In this document: positions 23,522 through 34,584 of the stretch, piece after piece
How the letters are laid out: each line of letters opens with the position of its first letter
How positions within the stretch are numbered: the first letter of the stretch is position 1
Assembly: GCF_006345805.1 (NCBI RefSeq)
Contig: NC_043005.1
Location: 5,704,001 to 5,768,000, forward strand
Direction of reading: 5' to 3'
Origin: Octopus sinensis
Taxonomy: Eukaryota
Length of the DNA stretch: 64,000 nucleotides
Program-made: the position numbers and the translations under genes
The notes under the pieces: generated by a model
Databases searched by the model: none
The model's input: the letters and a program-made list of their open reading frames with translations, nothing else
Told to the model about the DNA's origin: nothing

Positions 23522-24672
23522 CTTAGAAAGGTTTTGGCCAGTTTTGGCCCAGGCCATGTCTAACTTAATGGCACCACCTGGCGAAGTCTTTCAGTTCAGG
23601 ATTTGGGCACCAAGGCCCATTCGAGCAGAAAGTTATTGTTTGCGGAGACATATCCGGGTGTGGGTGGTTTGTCCGGTACTGTTTGAAGGAATTTGTCCAA
23701 AGACTTCTTGAATTTTGTGTGGTCAGTTTCTTTTTTGACGTGTCCTGGTGTAATGTTGAAGAGAGCTGGTCCAATTGAGGTGAAATAGTTGTGCCGTATT
23801 GTTGTTATGTGATGCGATTTAGATTTTTGTTGTGGACGGATGGCACGTGGTCCAAGCCTTGGATGTATTTTGAAGGTGATGCCAACATCATTCGAACAGT
23901 GCTGATGGAATATTTTCCACATCATACAGATAATGTAGCGTTCACGGCGTTGTTGGAGTGAATACAATTTCAGCTTCTCTAGTCTACCCCAGTAGTCAAG
24001 GTCTGACATGCCATCTATCCTTTTTGTGATTGACCTTTGGGGAGCTTCAATTCTCATAATATTTTGTTTTGTGTAGGGAGACCACAGTGGACAGCAGTAT
24101 TCAAGGTGGGGTCGGGCAAAAGTGGAGAAGAGAAGAATAATAGCGTGGGAATCTCTCGACTGGAAGGTTCTGAGAATCCAGGAACACATTCTGCGGGCCA
24201 TGTCAACTTTGCTGCTTATATGTGTAGCCCAGCTTATGTTGTTGTCCACTGTTACTCCCAAGTCTCTGATGTTGTTGGATGCCATGAGAATTTCTCCAGA
24301 AGGAAGAGAGTATGGGAGTTTCAGAGCGTCCTCCCTTCCAAAGTGGATCAGTTCGAATTTGTCTTCATTTAGCAACATGTTATTCTTTTCCGCCCATTGG
24401 ACAACAGCCAGTAGGTCTGACTGAAGGTTTATTCGGTCATCCACGCCATTGATGAACTTCTGGAGCTTGGAATCATCAGCGAAGGTTCTGATGTTACTGT
24501 GTTTGATGGTGTCAGTAATATCATTTATGTAGATGATGAAGAGAAGTGGGCCCAACACAGTGCCTTGTGGGACACCACTGCTGACTTCGACTGGGCTGGA
24601 TTTGACTCCTTTGACTACAACATGTTGGGTTCTGTTAGACAGGAAGCACTTAATCCACTGCAGCAGCTTTCG
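23522..24672 (-). mobile_element. 5'-truncated CR1/L2-group LINE with an uninterrupted RT C-terminal ORF
   Basis: ORF 23596..24558 (320 aa): LGPLLFIIYIND...FADDSKL...RPHLEYCCPLWSP...RRERY...FKKSLDKFL; GVPQGT upstream; (TA)n on both sides. Confidence 0.95.
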
Positions 24673-24863
24673 TGTATATATATATATATATATATATACA
24701 CGAATATATGGGGCTTAGGAAAATTGTGGTGAGGCATGGGAAAATTGTGGTTGGGTGTGCTGCTGTAGGTGCCAGGTACAAAGTTCTCATAAAAGTGATT
24801 CACTTTTTTTGTACTCAGCACTCAATAAGAGTTGCCAGTAGGTTCTTATGTATTAAATAATTA

Positions 24864-24960
24864 TCTTTTACTTGTTTCTGTCATTGGACTGGCCATGCTG
24901 GGGCACCATCTTGAATTTCTAGTTGAACGAATTGACCTTTTTTAAAGCCTAGTACTTATT
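24864..24960 (-). mobile_element. SINE 3' tail fragment
   Basis: Minus strand reads ...ggtgccccagcatggccagtccaatgacagaaacaagtaaaaga. Confidence 0.75.
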
Positions 24961-25265
24961 CTACCAGATCCATTTGCAAGGCTTTGGCCAGCCCAATGCT
25001 ATAGCAGAAGACACCCAAGATGCTGCACAATGGGAGTGAACTTAGAACCATGTAGTTAAGAAGCAAGCTTCTTACCACTAAAAGTAAAATTGTTTTTTGT
25101 TCCAATCACCGGTGGGGTATACATCATTCTGGAAAGTTATTGTAGGGCCTTGGGAAAAATAGGCCAGGAAACTCTGGGCTAGCCCCTTTCAATTGATGGT
25201 ACATTGTGTTTGGCAGACTTATATACAATTTTTGTGTACCGAATTTTACTCACAAGATTGACCTA

Positions 25266-26405
25266 TGAGGTGGTATCAAAAAGTTTCCAGACATCACTGT
25301 GTTTACTTTGAAAGTTATGAAATTTGTGTTTTTGTGATCACATGTATGCTGCAATCTGTAATTTTGTTATGAACAGGAAGTCAAAACAAAGAGCCAACAT
25401 GAAATTTTGTGTTAAACTTGGGAAGTCTGCTATAGAGACTTTGAATGTGCTTTGACAAGATTACAGTGATGAGGGCACAGGTGCTTCAAAAGTGGAAGAA
25501 CATCCCTGGAAGACCAGCCACAAGTGTCACCCTCAGAAATGTAGAGAAAATTCATCAGCTTCTGCTTGAGGATCATCAGAGGACAATCAACAACATTACT
25601 GATGTTGTTAGCCTATCCTATGGGTCCATGTAGCCTGACATATGAATTGAACATGTAGTATATTTCTGCCAGGTTTGTCCCCCACCTGCTGACCAATGAG
25701 CAGAAAGAATACTGCATCAAAGTCTGTCAAGATCTCCGTCAGCATGCTGTTGATGACCCATCTTTCATGTTGAGGATCATCACCAGTGATGAGAGTTGGG
25801 TCTACGGGTGCAATTCTGACATGAAGCAGTAGTCATCACAATAGAAGAGGCCTTCATCTCCACAAGAGAAGAGGCACCAGAAAGCTGCAGCTCAATCAAG
25901 AGCATGCTCGTTTTTTTCAACATCTGCAGTATTGTTCATCGAGAATTCATTCCCCCAGGGCCAAACTGTCAATCAAGAGTTCTACTATGATATTTTGAAG
26001 CATTTGAGGAAGGACATTAGGTAAAAGTAACTGGATCTGTGACGTGAAAAATTGGATTCTTCATGACAACAATCCACCCAGTCAGTGAGCTCTCCTCATT
26101 TCTGAATTTCTTGCCAAAGCAACTTGGTATCACTTCTGCACCCACCCTATTTGCCAGATTTAGCACCTGCAGGCTTCCATCGCTTCCCCTAGATGAAAAG
26201 TCAGCTCAAAGATTGTTGTTTTAATACCATTGTTGATACCCAGAAAATGACTTCCAGGCTGGATTCCAAAAGTGACAGGAATGCTGGTACTGGTGTATTG
26301 TTGCGCAAGGTGACTATTTTGAAGGCGGTGATATTAAAACTTAGGTAAATAAGTTTTATTTTTTAATAAACATAACTTGTCTGGTTACTTTTTGATACCA
26401 TCTTG
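25266..26405 (+). mobile_element. Degenerate mariner (Tc1/mariner) transposon
   Basis: TA at both flanks; imperfect ~27-bp TIR tgaggtggtatcaaaaagtttccagac / gtctggttactttttgataccatcttg; motifs IITSDESWVYG, WILHDNNP, PDLAPAGF; many stops. Confidence 0.9.
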
Positions 26406-26499
26406 TAGTACTAGCTCAAACCCAGGACAGCATGACTTTTGTAGACACTTGACCCATACCTCCTTCCTAGCTGTTTGCAGCACTCTGGTCATTCCACTT

Positions 26500-26923
26500 G
26501 TGTATCAATAGGATATCTTGGATTTGATTTTAAGTGGAATTTGTTTTCAAATCTGATCAACAGGAAGGTCAGATGGAAGGCCACTCTTGTGCTTCAAAGA
26601 CAAACTAAAAGACAATCTGAAGTGATGCAACATTCCCTTTTCTTTTTGGGAAAACAAACTATCAAAACACAGGACCTGCACCAGTCCAGCTTCTCCTCAT
26701 TTCAAAGATTTGTGCAAAATTGACTCCAACACTGGGACAAACTTTGTGCAAGCATGAAGGCATGTTGGCAAAACACTGCTCCTCTAAATGTGGCACAAAG
26801 CAAAGCAGGCCTAGCTGTCCACTCAAAAAAATACAAACTGAGTCTTCAACTTGCTCCATTTGCCAAAAGGTTTACAAGGCACCAGCAGGCCTCGAGAGAC
26901 ACATTCATGTCCATAGAGCATGA
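26500..26923 (+). mobile_element. Old RTE (BovB-like) LINE 3' end with terminal C2H2 finger
   Basis: Frames give ...PLLCFKDKLKDNLK*CNIPF... and CSICQKVYKAPAGLERHIHVHRA*. Confidence 0.6.
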
Positions 26924-26974
26924 TTAGCACTTTATTTTACTGAACCCTCATTTGTCATTCACGACAAGAGAATC

Positions 26975-27022
<48 letters not shown>

Positions 27023-27115
27023 TTTAGAGATAGAAGTCCTCATGCAATTCATCAAATCCTAATATACATCACACCATATCTATTTTAATACTTACTATTT
27101 CAGTTCCAAATTTCT

Positions 27116-27210
27116 TTTCTACATGTGTTTCATGAGGTGCGTTTAACGTTCCCGAGACCCTCAGTCTTTCTCAGAGGCATGTCTTAACTGCAACCCCAAT
27201 CATCAGGACT
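27116..27210 (-). ncRNA. Type I hammerhead-ribozyme-like motif with long stem II
   Basis: CTGATGA (27206-27200), extended hairpin, GAAAC (27131-27127), acat, GTA (27122-27120). Stem I has only 2 bp in this copy. Confidence 0.45.
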
Positions 27211-27754
27211 ATTCATAACTTTTTAATAATTCAATAACTATTTCTATATGTTAATGTTTTAATAATTCAATAACTATTTATAGAAATAGTTATAGAAATA
27301 GAAATAGTTAAAATAAATCATTATTTTAGCATGCATTGATCTATGTTTGCATGGGTCAGGTAAAACTCATGGAAGTAGATTTTCTATAGATGTCCTCACT
27401 TCTTACCAATTAGGTAATACTTCCCCTACTCCTTCAAACAATATTTTCTGGAACATTGTAAACAAATGACACTGAACATATGACAGTGACATACATTTAC
27501 AACAAGCATTCAATATCAAGAGAAGGAGACATGAACACACACAAACAACAACTGACTTCTTTCAGTGTCTATCTACCAAATCTACTAACAAGGCTTTGGT
27601 TGGCTAAAAGTTATAGTAGAATATACTGATCAAAGACACCATGTAGTAGAACCCAAAACCATGTGGTTAAGTAGTGAACCTCTTCATCACACAGCCATGC
27701 CTACTTTATTTCTTTAATTTTTACAATTACTTTTCATTGATTTTTTTTGCCAAT

Positions 27755-28737
27755 CCCTAGCAGTTGAGGGAACCCGTGGGAGAGGTAGACCCAGGAAAAC
27801 CTGGGACGAGGTGGTGAAGCACGACCTTCGAACTTTAGGCCTCACTGAGGAAATGACCAGAGACCGAGACCTTTGGAAATATTCTGTACGTGAGAAGACC
27901 AGGCAGGACAAGTGAGCCCAGCCCACTTATGAATGCCTTCCCTCCCTTGGACACAAAGACCGGCTGAGGCAAGCGAAGTCGATATAGAACCTCATCCGAC
28001 GACAGACACCCATGCCAACCCCCCATGCTTGCGAAGACATGTTGGGGCAAGCGAAATCGAAATCGAAACCGAATTGAACCAGCCAGGATCCCTGGCCTGG
28101 TGGTACGTAAAAAGCACTATCCGACTCATGGCCGTGGCACGTAAAATACTCCAATGCGACCGTACGACAGGCACCCATGCCAACCTCCTTTGCTTGTGAA
28201 GACATGTTGGGGCAAGCGAAATCGAAATCGAATTGAACCAGCCAGGATCCCTGGTCTGGTGGTACGTAAAAAGCACTATCCGACTCGTGGCCGTGGCACG
28301 TAAAATACTCCAATGCGACCGTATGACAGGCACCCTTGCCAACCCCCTTTGCTTGTGAAGACATGTTGGGGCAAGCGAAATCGAAATCGAATTGAACCAG
28401 CCAGGATCCCTGGTCTGGTGGTACGTAAAAAGCACTATCCAACTCGTGGCCGATGCCAGCACCGCCCGTCTGGCTTCCGTGCCGGTGGCACATAAAATAC
28501 ACCAATCTGACCGTGGCCGTTGCCAGCCCCGCCTGGCACCTGTGCAGGTGGCACGTAAAAAGCACCCACTACACTCATGGAGTGGTTGGCGTTAGGAAGG
28601 GCATCCAGCTGTAGAAACATTGCCAAATTAGACTGGAGCCTGGTGCAGCCTTCTGGCTTCCCAGAACCCCGGTCGAACCGTCCAACCCATGCTAGCATGG
28701 AGAACGGACGTTAAACGACGATGATGATGATGATGAT
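27755..28737 (+). mobile_element. RTE LINE 3' fragment with ~160-bp tandem units in the 3' UTR
   Basis: GRGRPRKTWDEVVKHDLR...EKTRQDK*; gacatgttgggg at 28036, 28201 and 28360; (GAT)n tail ends at 28737. Confidence 0.9.
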
Positions 28738-28946
28738 TCACTTTCTTTTCTGTTCTCTATCATTACCTTTTTATTTTTATTTTTGTTCTTTGTGTTTTCT
28801 TTTTTCTCCTCTTCCTTCTTTACCTCCCTGTTCATGCCCTCCTCATCTGTCTCTCCCACTTTCTACTCCTCGGCTGCCTCTCTCTTCTCTCCCTTATATT
28901 ACAGTGCTATTGTAACAAAGTTATCATATATGCCATTCTATTTCAG

Positions 28947-29073
28947 TGGTGGCTTGGCTCTGACATATTTCAGCATCAAGAAGTCCTTCCTGATGCTGCT
29001 ATTTTCTTATGGATTTCTCTATGGAATCGGTAATTCTATAGCTTATCCTGTCAGCATCAACTGTGTCATGAAG
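28947..29073 (+). CDS. OFA-like MFS transporter, coding exon 3
   Basis: tttcAG|t...aag|GTAAGG, 127 nt; GGLALTYFSIKKSFLMLLFSYGFLYGIGNSIAYPVSINCVMK. Confidence 0.95.
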
Positions 29074-29479
29074 GTAAGGCATCTATTTGTGGAAAATTTT
29101 TCATTTCCTCAAGTTTTACTTCAATTAATTTTCTTTTTCTATAGTTTACATTCATAAAATCTTTTGTCTTTTTTGATCATGACATACTGTTTCATCATAA
29201 CTTCCTTCTAGGAAGAAGTAAAATGCTGCTGGGTAAATACAATATTGGGCTACTAGGTACATGAGTATGTGGGTAAGCATAGTATTGGACTGCTGGGTGT
29301 ATTGGTATATATACTATTGTCTATTGATTGTGTGGGTAAATATAGTATTGGGTTACTGGATATGTGGATAAGCATAGTATTAGGCTATTGGTTATATGAG
29401 TTGATTGGTATTGAGCTATTGTGTGAGAGGGTAAATATAGCATTGGGCTGCTGGGTATGTGGGTAAATTCAGTCTTCTC

Positions 29480-29990
29480 TAGCTTTTCTTTTCTTTCTCT
29501 CTCCCTCCCCCACTTCTCTCTACTTTTCTCTCTCTTCCTCATTCTCTCCCTTTTTTGCTCTTCCATCTCTGGGCCCTATCTGTCTCTTCTCCCTCTTTCT
29601 ATCCCCTATCTGCCCCATTTCTCCCAACAAATAAATATAAGTAATTTTAATTCTTTTTTTTCTCTTTCCCTTCATTCTCTCTTCTCACTCTCTCTCTTCT
29701 GCCCTGTCTCTCCTTTCCACTCCCCATCTCTCCCTTCTGCCCCCTATCTCTCTTCTTTCTGAACCCATCTTTCATCCTTCTACCCCCATCTCACTCTCTT
29801 CCACCTCTCTTTCTCTCTCTCCATCCATCTCACTCTTTTCTACTCTTATCTTGCTTTATTGCCCCATCCTACCATCTTGCTCTCATACCCCCTATCACTC
29901 TCTACAGGTGTATAATAAGTAATTTTTCAATTCTTTTCTCTCTCTCTCTATCTGTCTCTCTGTCTCTCCCATTACCTATTTCTTCAAATA
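29480..29990. repeat. CT-rich low-complexity tract (a GA-rich tract follows at about 30290-30650)
   Basis: Pyrimidine runs and (CT)n; the ORFs over them are compositional artefacts. Confidence 0.85.
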
Positions 29991-30036
29991 CATTGTAAAT
30001 AATATTAATTCCTGTACCTTTCTCTCATTATTCTAG

Positions 30037-30176
30037 TGGTTCCCCAAAAAAGAGGGCACTGTTGCTGGAATCGTACTGACAGGTTATGGAGTAGCTTCAT
30101 TTATCTGGAATCCTTTTATTACCCTTTACATCAATCCTGAAAACGAAATCCCTGACTTCCATATTAATGGAGAAGA
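30037..30176 (+). CDS. OFA-like MFS transporter, coding exon 4
   Basis: ttctAG|tgg...ga|GTAAAT, 140 nt; WFPKKEGTVAGIVLTGYGVASFIWNPFITLYINPENEIPDFHINGE, with WFP..G...GIV..G.G and INP.N motifs typical of animal OFA-like proteins. Confidence 0.95.
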
Positions 30177-30788
30177 GTAAATATATTTATACTATGTATC
30201 TAATATATAAATCATAAGTTATCAATAATATTAATACGCTTAGTTTTTTTTGTTTGTTTTTGTACATACCTGTGGTGTGTGTCACACTTCAAAGGATGAG
30301 GTAAAAAGGTTGAAGGGAGAAGTACAAAGAAAAAAAGAAATAAAAGGTGTTAAGCAGAGGAGGTATACTTGGAGTGGCAAAGTGGGAGAGAGGGGAAGGA
30401 CAGAAGCTGAGGAGGTACAGTTGAAGTGAGAGGCAAAGTGGCAAAGATGAAGTAAGAGTGAGTGAGCGAGATAGGGGAGACTGATAGTGCTGAGAGGTGA
30501 GAGAAATATAACACATTAAACGCAGGAGGACAGTTAGAGGCAAGGCGACATAGAGGAGGGGAGGCGGGGGAAAAGAGAGAGAGATTGACTGAAGGAAGGA
30601 AGGGAGTAGATAGAGAAGAATAGTAAAAGAGAATGGAACCATTCTCATACAGAAAACACCAGAAAACTTTTCATTTTCAATTTTATATGATAAAGCTATT
30701 AAAAATATGGAAATTGCAAAAAGAAATGTTGCCTATCTATCTATCTGTCTGCCTTTCTCTCTAACACAATCTCTCTCTCAGCAAATAG

Positions 30789-32545
30789 CTTTATCTTTAT
30801 CTAGTTTCAGCTTACGAGCTGTGGCCATGCTGGGGCACCGCCATTTGGTGTTGCTACATGATTTTACTTCACGAATGCTTTTTAGCAAGTGCCATTTGGT
30901 GCATGAGAGAGTTCGATGCAGCTGCCCTCATCTGCACCTCCTGCCGTGAAGTTGGTTCATCTGGGACACCTGACAAGAAGAGATCCAGTTTTATTTTAAA
31001 GACATCTGCATCCACCCCATGCAGGTCTCTCAGATTCTTCGGGAGGATATTGAAGAGCTGTGGGCCTCGGAAGCCCAGGCTATCACAGTATCTCGTCCTA
31101 CATCTTGATGGCAAATTTGGAGTCCTTGGCACTATGCAGTGGCGCCCAGTTCTGGCATTTGTGTAACTCTCGATGCCAAAATTTGGGACAAGTCCTTCTA
31201 GGATCTTCCAGATGTATATTATGGCATATCTTTCTCGCCTACACTCTAAGGAATAGAGTCTCAATCTCTTGAGTCTTTCCCAATAGCTTATATGCTGCAC
31301 AGAGGCTATCTTCTTCGTGTAGCCTCATTGGATCGCCTCAAGTTCTGTGATTAACTTGACACTGGATGGTGACCATAGCTGAGAGCAATAGTCAAAGTGG
31401 CTTAGGACAAGTGTCCTCCAGAGGACCATCATGGTTTCCTGGTCTCTTGTTCTAAAGGTTCTAAGAATCCATCCGGTCAGCCGCCTACATTTCATTACCA
31501 ATTTAGCAACATGCACATGAAAGGTTGCATCATCACTCATGTAAATACCCAGGTCTCATACTGATTGTGCCCCTGGGATTGCAATCCCTCCAGGTCCAGT
31601 GTATTTATTAGGTATTGCATTTAGTTTTGCATGCTGATAGCATAAAGCTTGAAACTTTTCAGCATTGAACTGCATGCTATTCTTTTCAGCCCACTTGTAT
31701 ATTTTGTCCAGCTCACATTGCAGGTGCTTAGTGTCTTCAGGGTTTTGTATTGTCTGTGAAACTTTTGTATCATCTGCATAACTTGTGATCGTGGCTCTCT
31801 GCGTGGCTGAGGGCCATTATGAACAGTAGTGGTCCCAAAACAGTGCCTTGCGGAACACCGCTCACTATTTGCGTGTTAATGGAAGTGGCCCCATTGGCTA
31901 CTACCACCTGACTTCTATCCTTCAGAAAGTCATGAAGCCATTCTCCCAATTTTCCAACTATGCCAAGATCACTCAGTTTGTGACATATCATTCCATGATC
32001 GACTTTATCAAAGGCTTTTGCAAAGTCGAGATATATGACTTCCACATTTGAGTGGTTGAGCAGTCGTTTCAGCACCCAGTCATAGTGTTGTAGGAGCTGA
32101 GTTAAGCAGCTTCTTCCTGATCGGAAACCATGTTGGGTGTCAAGCAGCAAGTCATTTTCTTCAAGGAAGGTGATTAGTTTCCTTCTGACTATTCGTTCCA
32201 TGACCTTGCTGATGCGTGAGGTCAGAGAGATAGGTCTGTAGTTCTTGGCCTCCGCTCTGCTACCTCCTTTATGAATAGGGCAAATTTTACCTTCTTGGAA
32301 GTTTGCCAGTTGCAAGGAAGCTCTGAAAGAGGAACTGCAGTGGTCTTGCTAGGACTCTCTTACATACTTTTAGAAGGATTGCTGGGAATCCATCAGGGCC
32401 TGTAGCTGAGTTTGTTTTCATTTCATCTATAGCCTTTATTACATCGTCTTCCTTTATATTGATGTAATCAATCATCGCTGCCTCTGATTTTATATCTGCA
32501 GTGGATGTTACTGTTATTTTTCTACAGTTGAAGGGAGAGGTAAAA
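30789..32545 (-). mobile_element. 5'-truncated CR1/L2-group LINE (RT to 3' tail)
   Basis: ORFs 32287..32607, 31770..32315 (YRPISLTS, QHGFRSGRSCLTQL, YLDFAKAFDKV, GVPQGTVLGP), 31325..31540 and 30869..31300; 80-nt 3' UTR ending gataaagataaag. Confidence 0.95.
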
Positions 32546-32719
32546 TGTTTATCAGTATTTTCAGAGTAGACTGATGCATACATAGACAGAAAAGTAGATA
32601 CATACATACATTGTTAAATTAAAAGCAGGAGAGAGGAGGTACACAGAGGAAGAGAGAGAGACAGTAGATACATAGACACAAATACATTGATGCATAGGTA
32701 CATAGACAATCAAAGACAA

Positions 32720-33490
32720 ATAACTACAGCAAATATTGGATGTTACTTTCATTTTTCATTACCACACAAGGATAAATTTAACTCACAAGTGGGTGAGTAC
32801 TCTACAGATATGCATACCATTAACGTAGTTCTCAGGGAGATTCAATCTCAGAATATGACAAGGCTAGCCCCTTTCAATTACAGCTACAACTTATTTTGGC
32901 CAGCTGAGTGGACTGGAGCAAGATAGACCTTCAAGTAGTTGGAAGAAAATGAAAAAAGATCCTATATAGGGGCAGGAAAATCTTTTTAGCCATTAGGGTC
33001 ACTATGGGTGTTAATCCAGTCCTAACAGTGGTATTTGTGAGTCTCACAGATCTGGAGGTCAAGCGCAGGCTGTAGTTATGAAACTGAGCAAGAGTCCAGG
33101 GCAAAGTCACTACATGATATAGAACAGCAATTATTTCGTCTTTTGCCTTGCAATATGAAACATTTCCTTTTCTTTCACTCTTTTTAAAAAACGGCACTCC
33201 ATCACTTACAACAATGAGGTTCCTGTTTACCTGATCAACAGAACAGTCTGCTCATAAAATTTGCGCACAAGTGGCTGAGTATCCCACCACAGACATGCAT
33301 ACCATAACGTAGTTCTCAAGGAGATTCAGCTTCACACAGAATGTGACAAGGCTGGCCCCTTTCAATTACAGCTACAACTCATTTTTGTCAGCTGAGTGGA
33401 CTGCAGCAAGGTGAAGTACAGTACCTTGTTCGAGAATACAGCATGCTGCCAGGTATCGTACTCATAGCTTTATGATCACGGCTCAGAATA
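32720..33490 (+). mobile_element. Two copies of a second SINE family (about 32720-32925 and 33225-33490)
   Basis: Shared core caagtgg(g/c)tgagtactc..cagaNatgcataccaT(t/a)acgtagttctc..ggagattca...gacaaggct.gcccctttcaattacagctacaac; related pieces at about 62060-62330 and 63770-63830. Confidence 0.7.
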
Positions 33491-34185
33491 CCACTGAGCC
33501 ACACACCTTCACTCTCTTAATCATTGAGAAAAGAAGCGGAGCGATAGAGACAGAGAAAAGAAAGCCTCAGTCATTTAAAATGACAATTAGACTGAAATAT
33601 GATCGGTCTTTTCTAGCTTCTTTACTTTTAACAATGAAGAAGAAGGAAAGACATTTAGTAATGAATAGAGGGAAAGTCTTTCAGGTATTTGCGTTCTCAT
33701 TCTGGGAGTTCTAGAAGGATTGACTTTTAGTTCTCTTTTATTTCCCCCACCCCCATGATTTATTTGCCTTCTTTCATAGTTCTTCATGTCTTTTAGTTGG
33801 CGGGAAAGAACATGTTTTCTTTTTTTCAGGCATATTTAACATTTCCTCTACTAACTACAAACACGCCCCCGCTCCCTTCTTTTTTTTTTCATACAAAAAC
33901 TAATGCAAATTTCAAATGGGGTATAACTGAAAAGAGTCCAGAAAAATGAGTAACACCCGCTACAAAATGGGAGGGGGAGAAAGTTGCCAACAAATGGCTA
34001 CACAAAATTCAACTCTATACTTTGAAGAGTGTCTTCTACTATAGCCTCGGGCTGACTAAAGCCTCATGAGTGAACTTGGTAGACAGAAACTGAAAGAAGC
34101 CCATCATATATATATGTGTGTGTTTTTGTCCCCACGCCACCATCGCTTAACAACCGATGTTGGTTGTATTTATTTATATATATAT

Positions 34186-34584
34186 CGCCCCGACTGGCTT
34201 CTGTGCCGGTGGCACATAAAAAGCACCATCCGAACGTGGCCAATGCCAGCACCGCCCCGACTGGCTCCTGTGCCGGTGGCACATAAAAAGACCATCCGAA
34301 CGTTGCCAGCGCCGCCTTGGCTGGCTTCCGTGCTGCTGGCACGTTAAAAGCTCCAACCGATCATGACCGATGCCGGACCCCCCTGGCACCTGTGCAGGTG
34401 GCACGTAAAAAGCACCCACTACACTCGCGGAGTGGTTGGCGTTAGGAAGGGCATCCAACCGTAGAAACTCTGCCAGATCAGACTGGAGCCTGGAGCAGGC
34501 CCTGGCTTCCTAGACCCCGGTCGAACCGTCCAACCCGTGCTAGCGCGGAAAACGGACGTTAAACGATGATGATGATGATGATGA
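34186..34584 (+). mobile_element. RTE LINE 3' UTR fragment
   Basis: Repeat modules plus the conserved terminus; (GAT)n at 34565-34584; TA-rich left flank. Confidence 0.9.

Noticed and set aside
29269-30648. ORFs in CT/GA-rich and microsatellite regions, and ORFs antisense to LINEs elsewhere
   Set aside because: They are compositional or shadow ORFs with no domain features.
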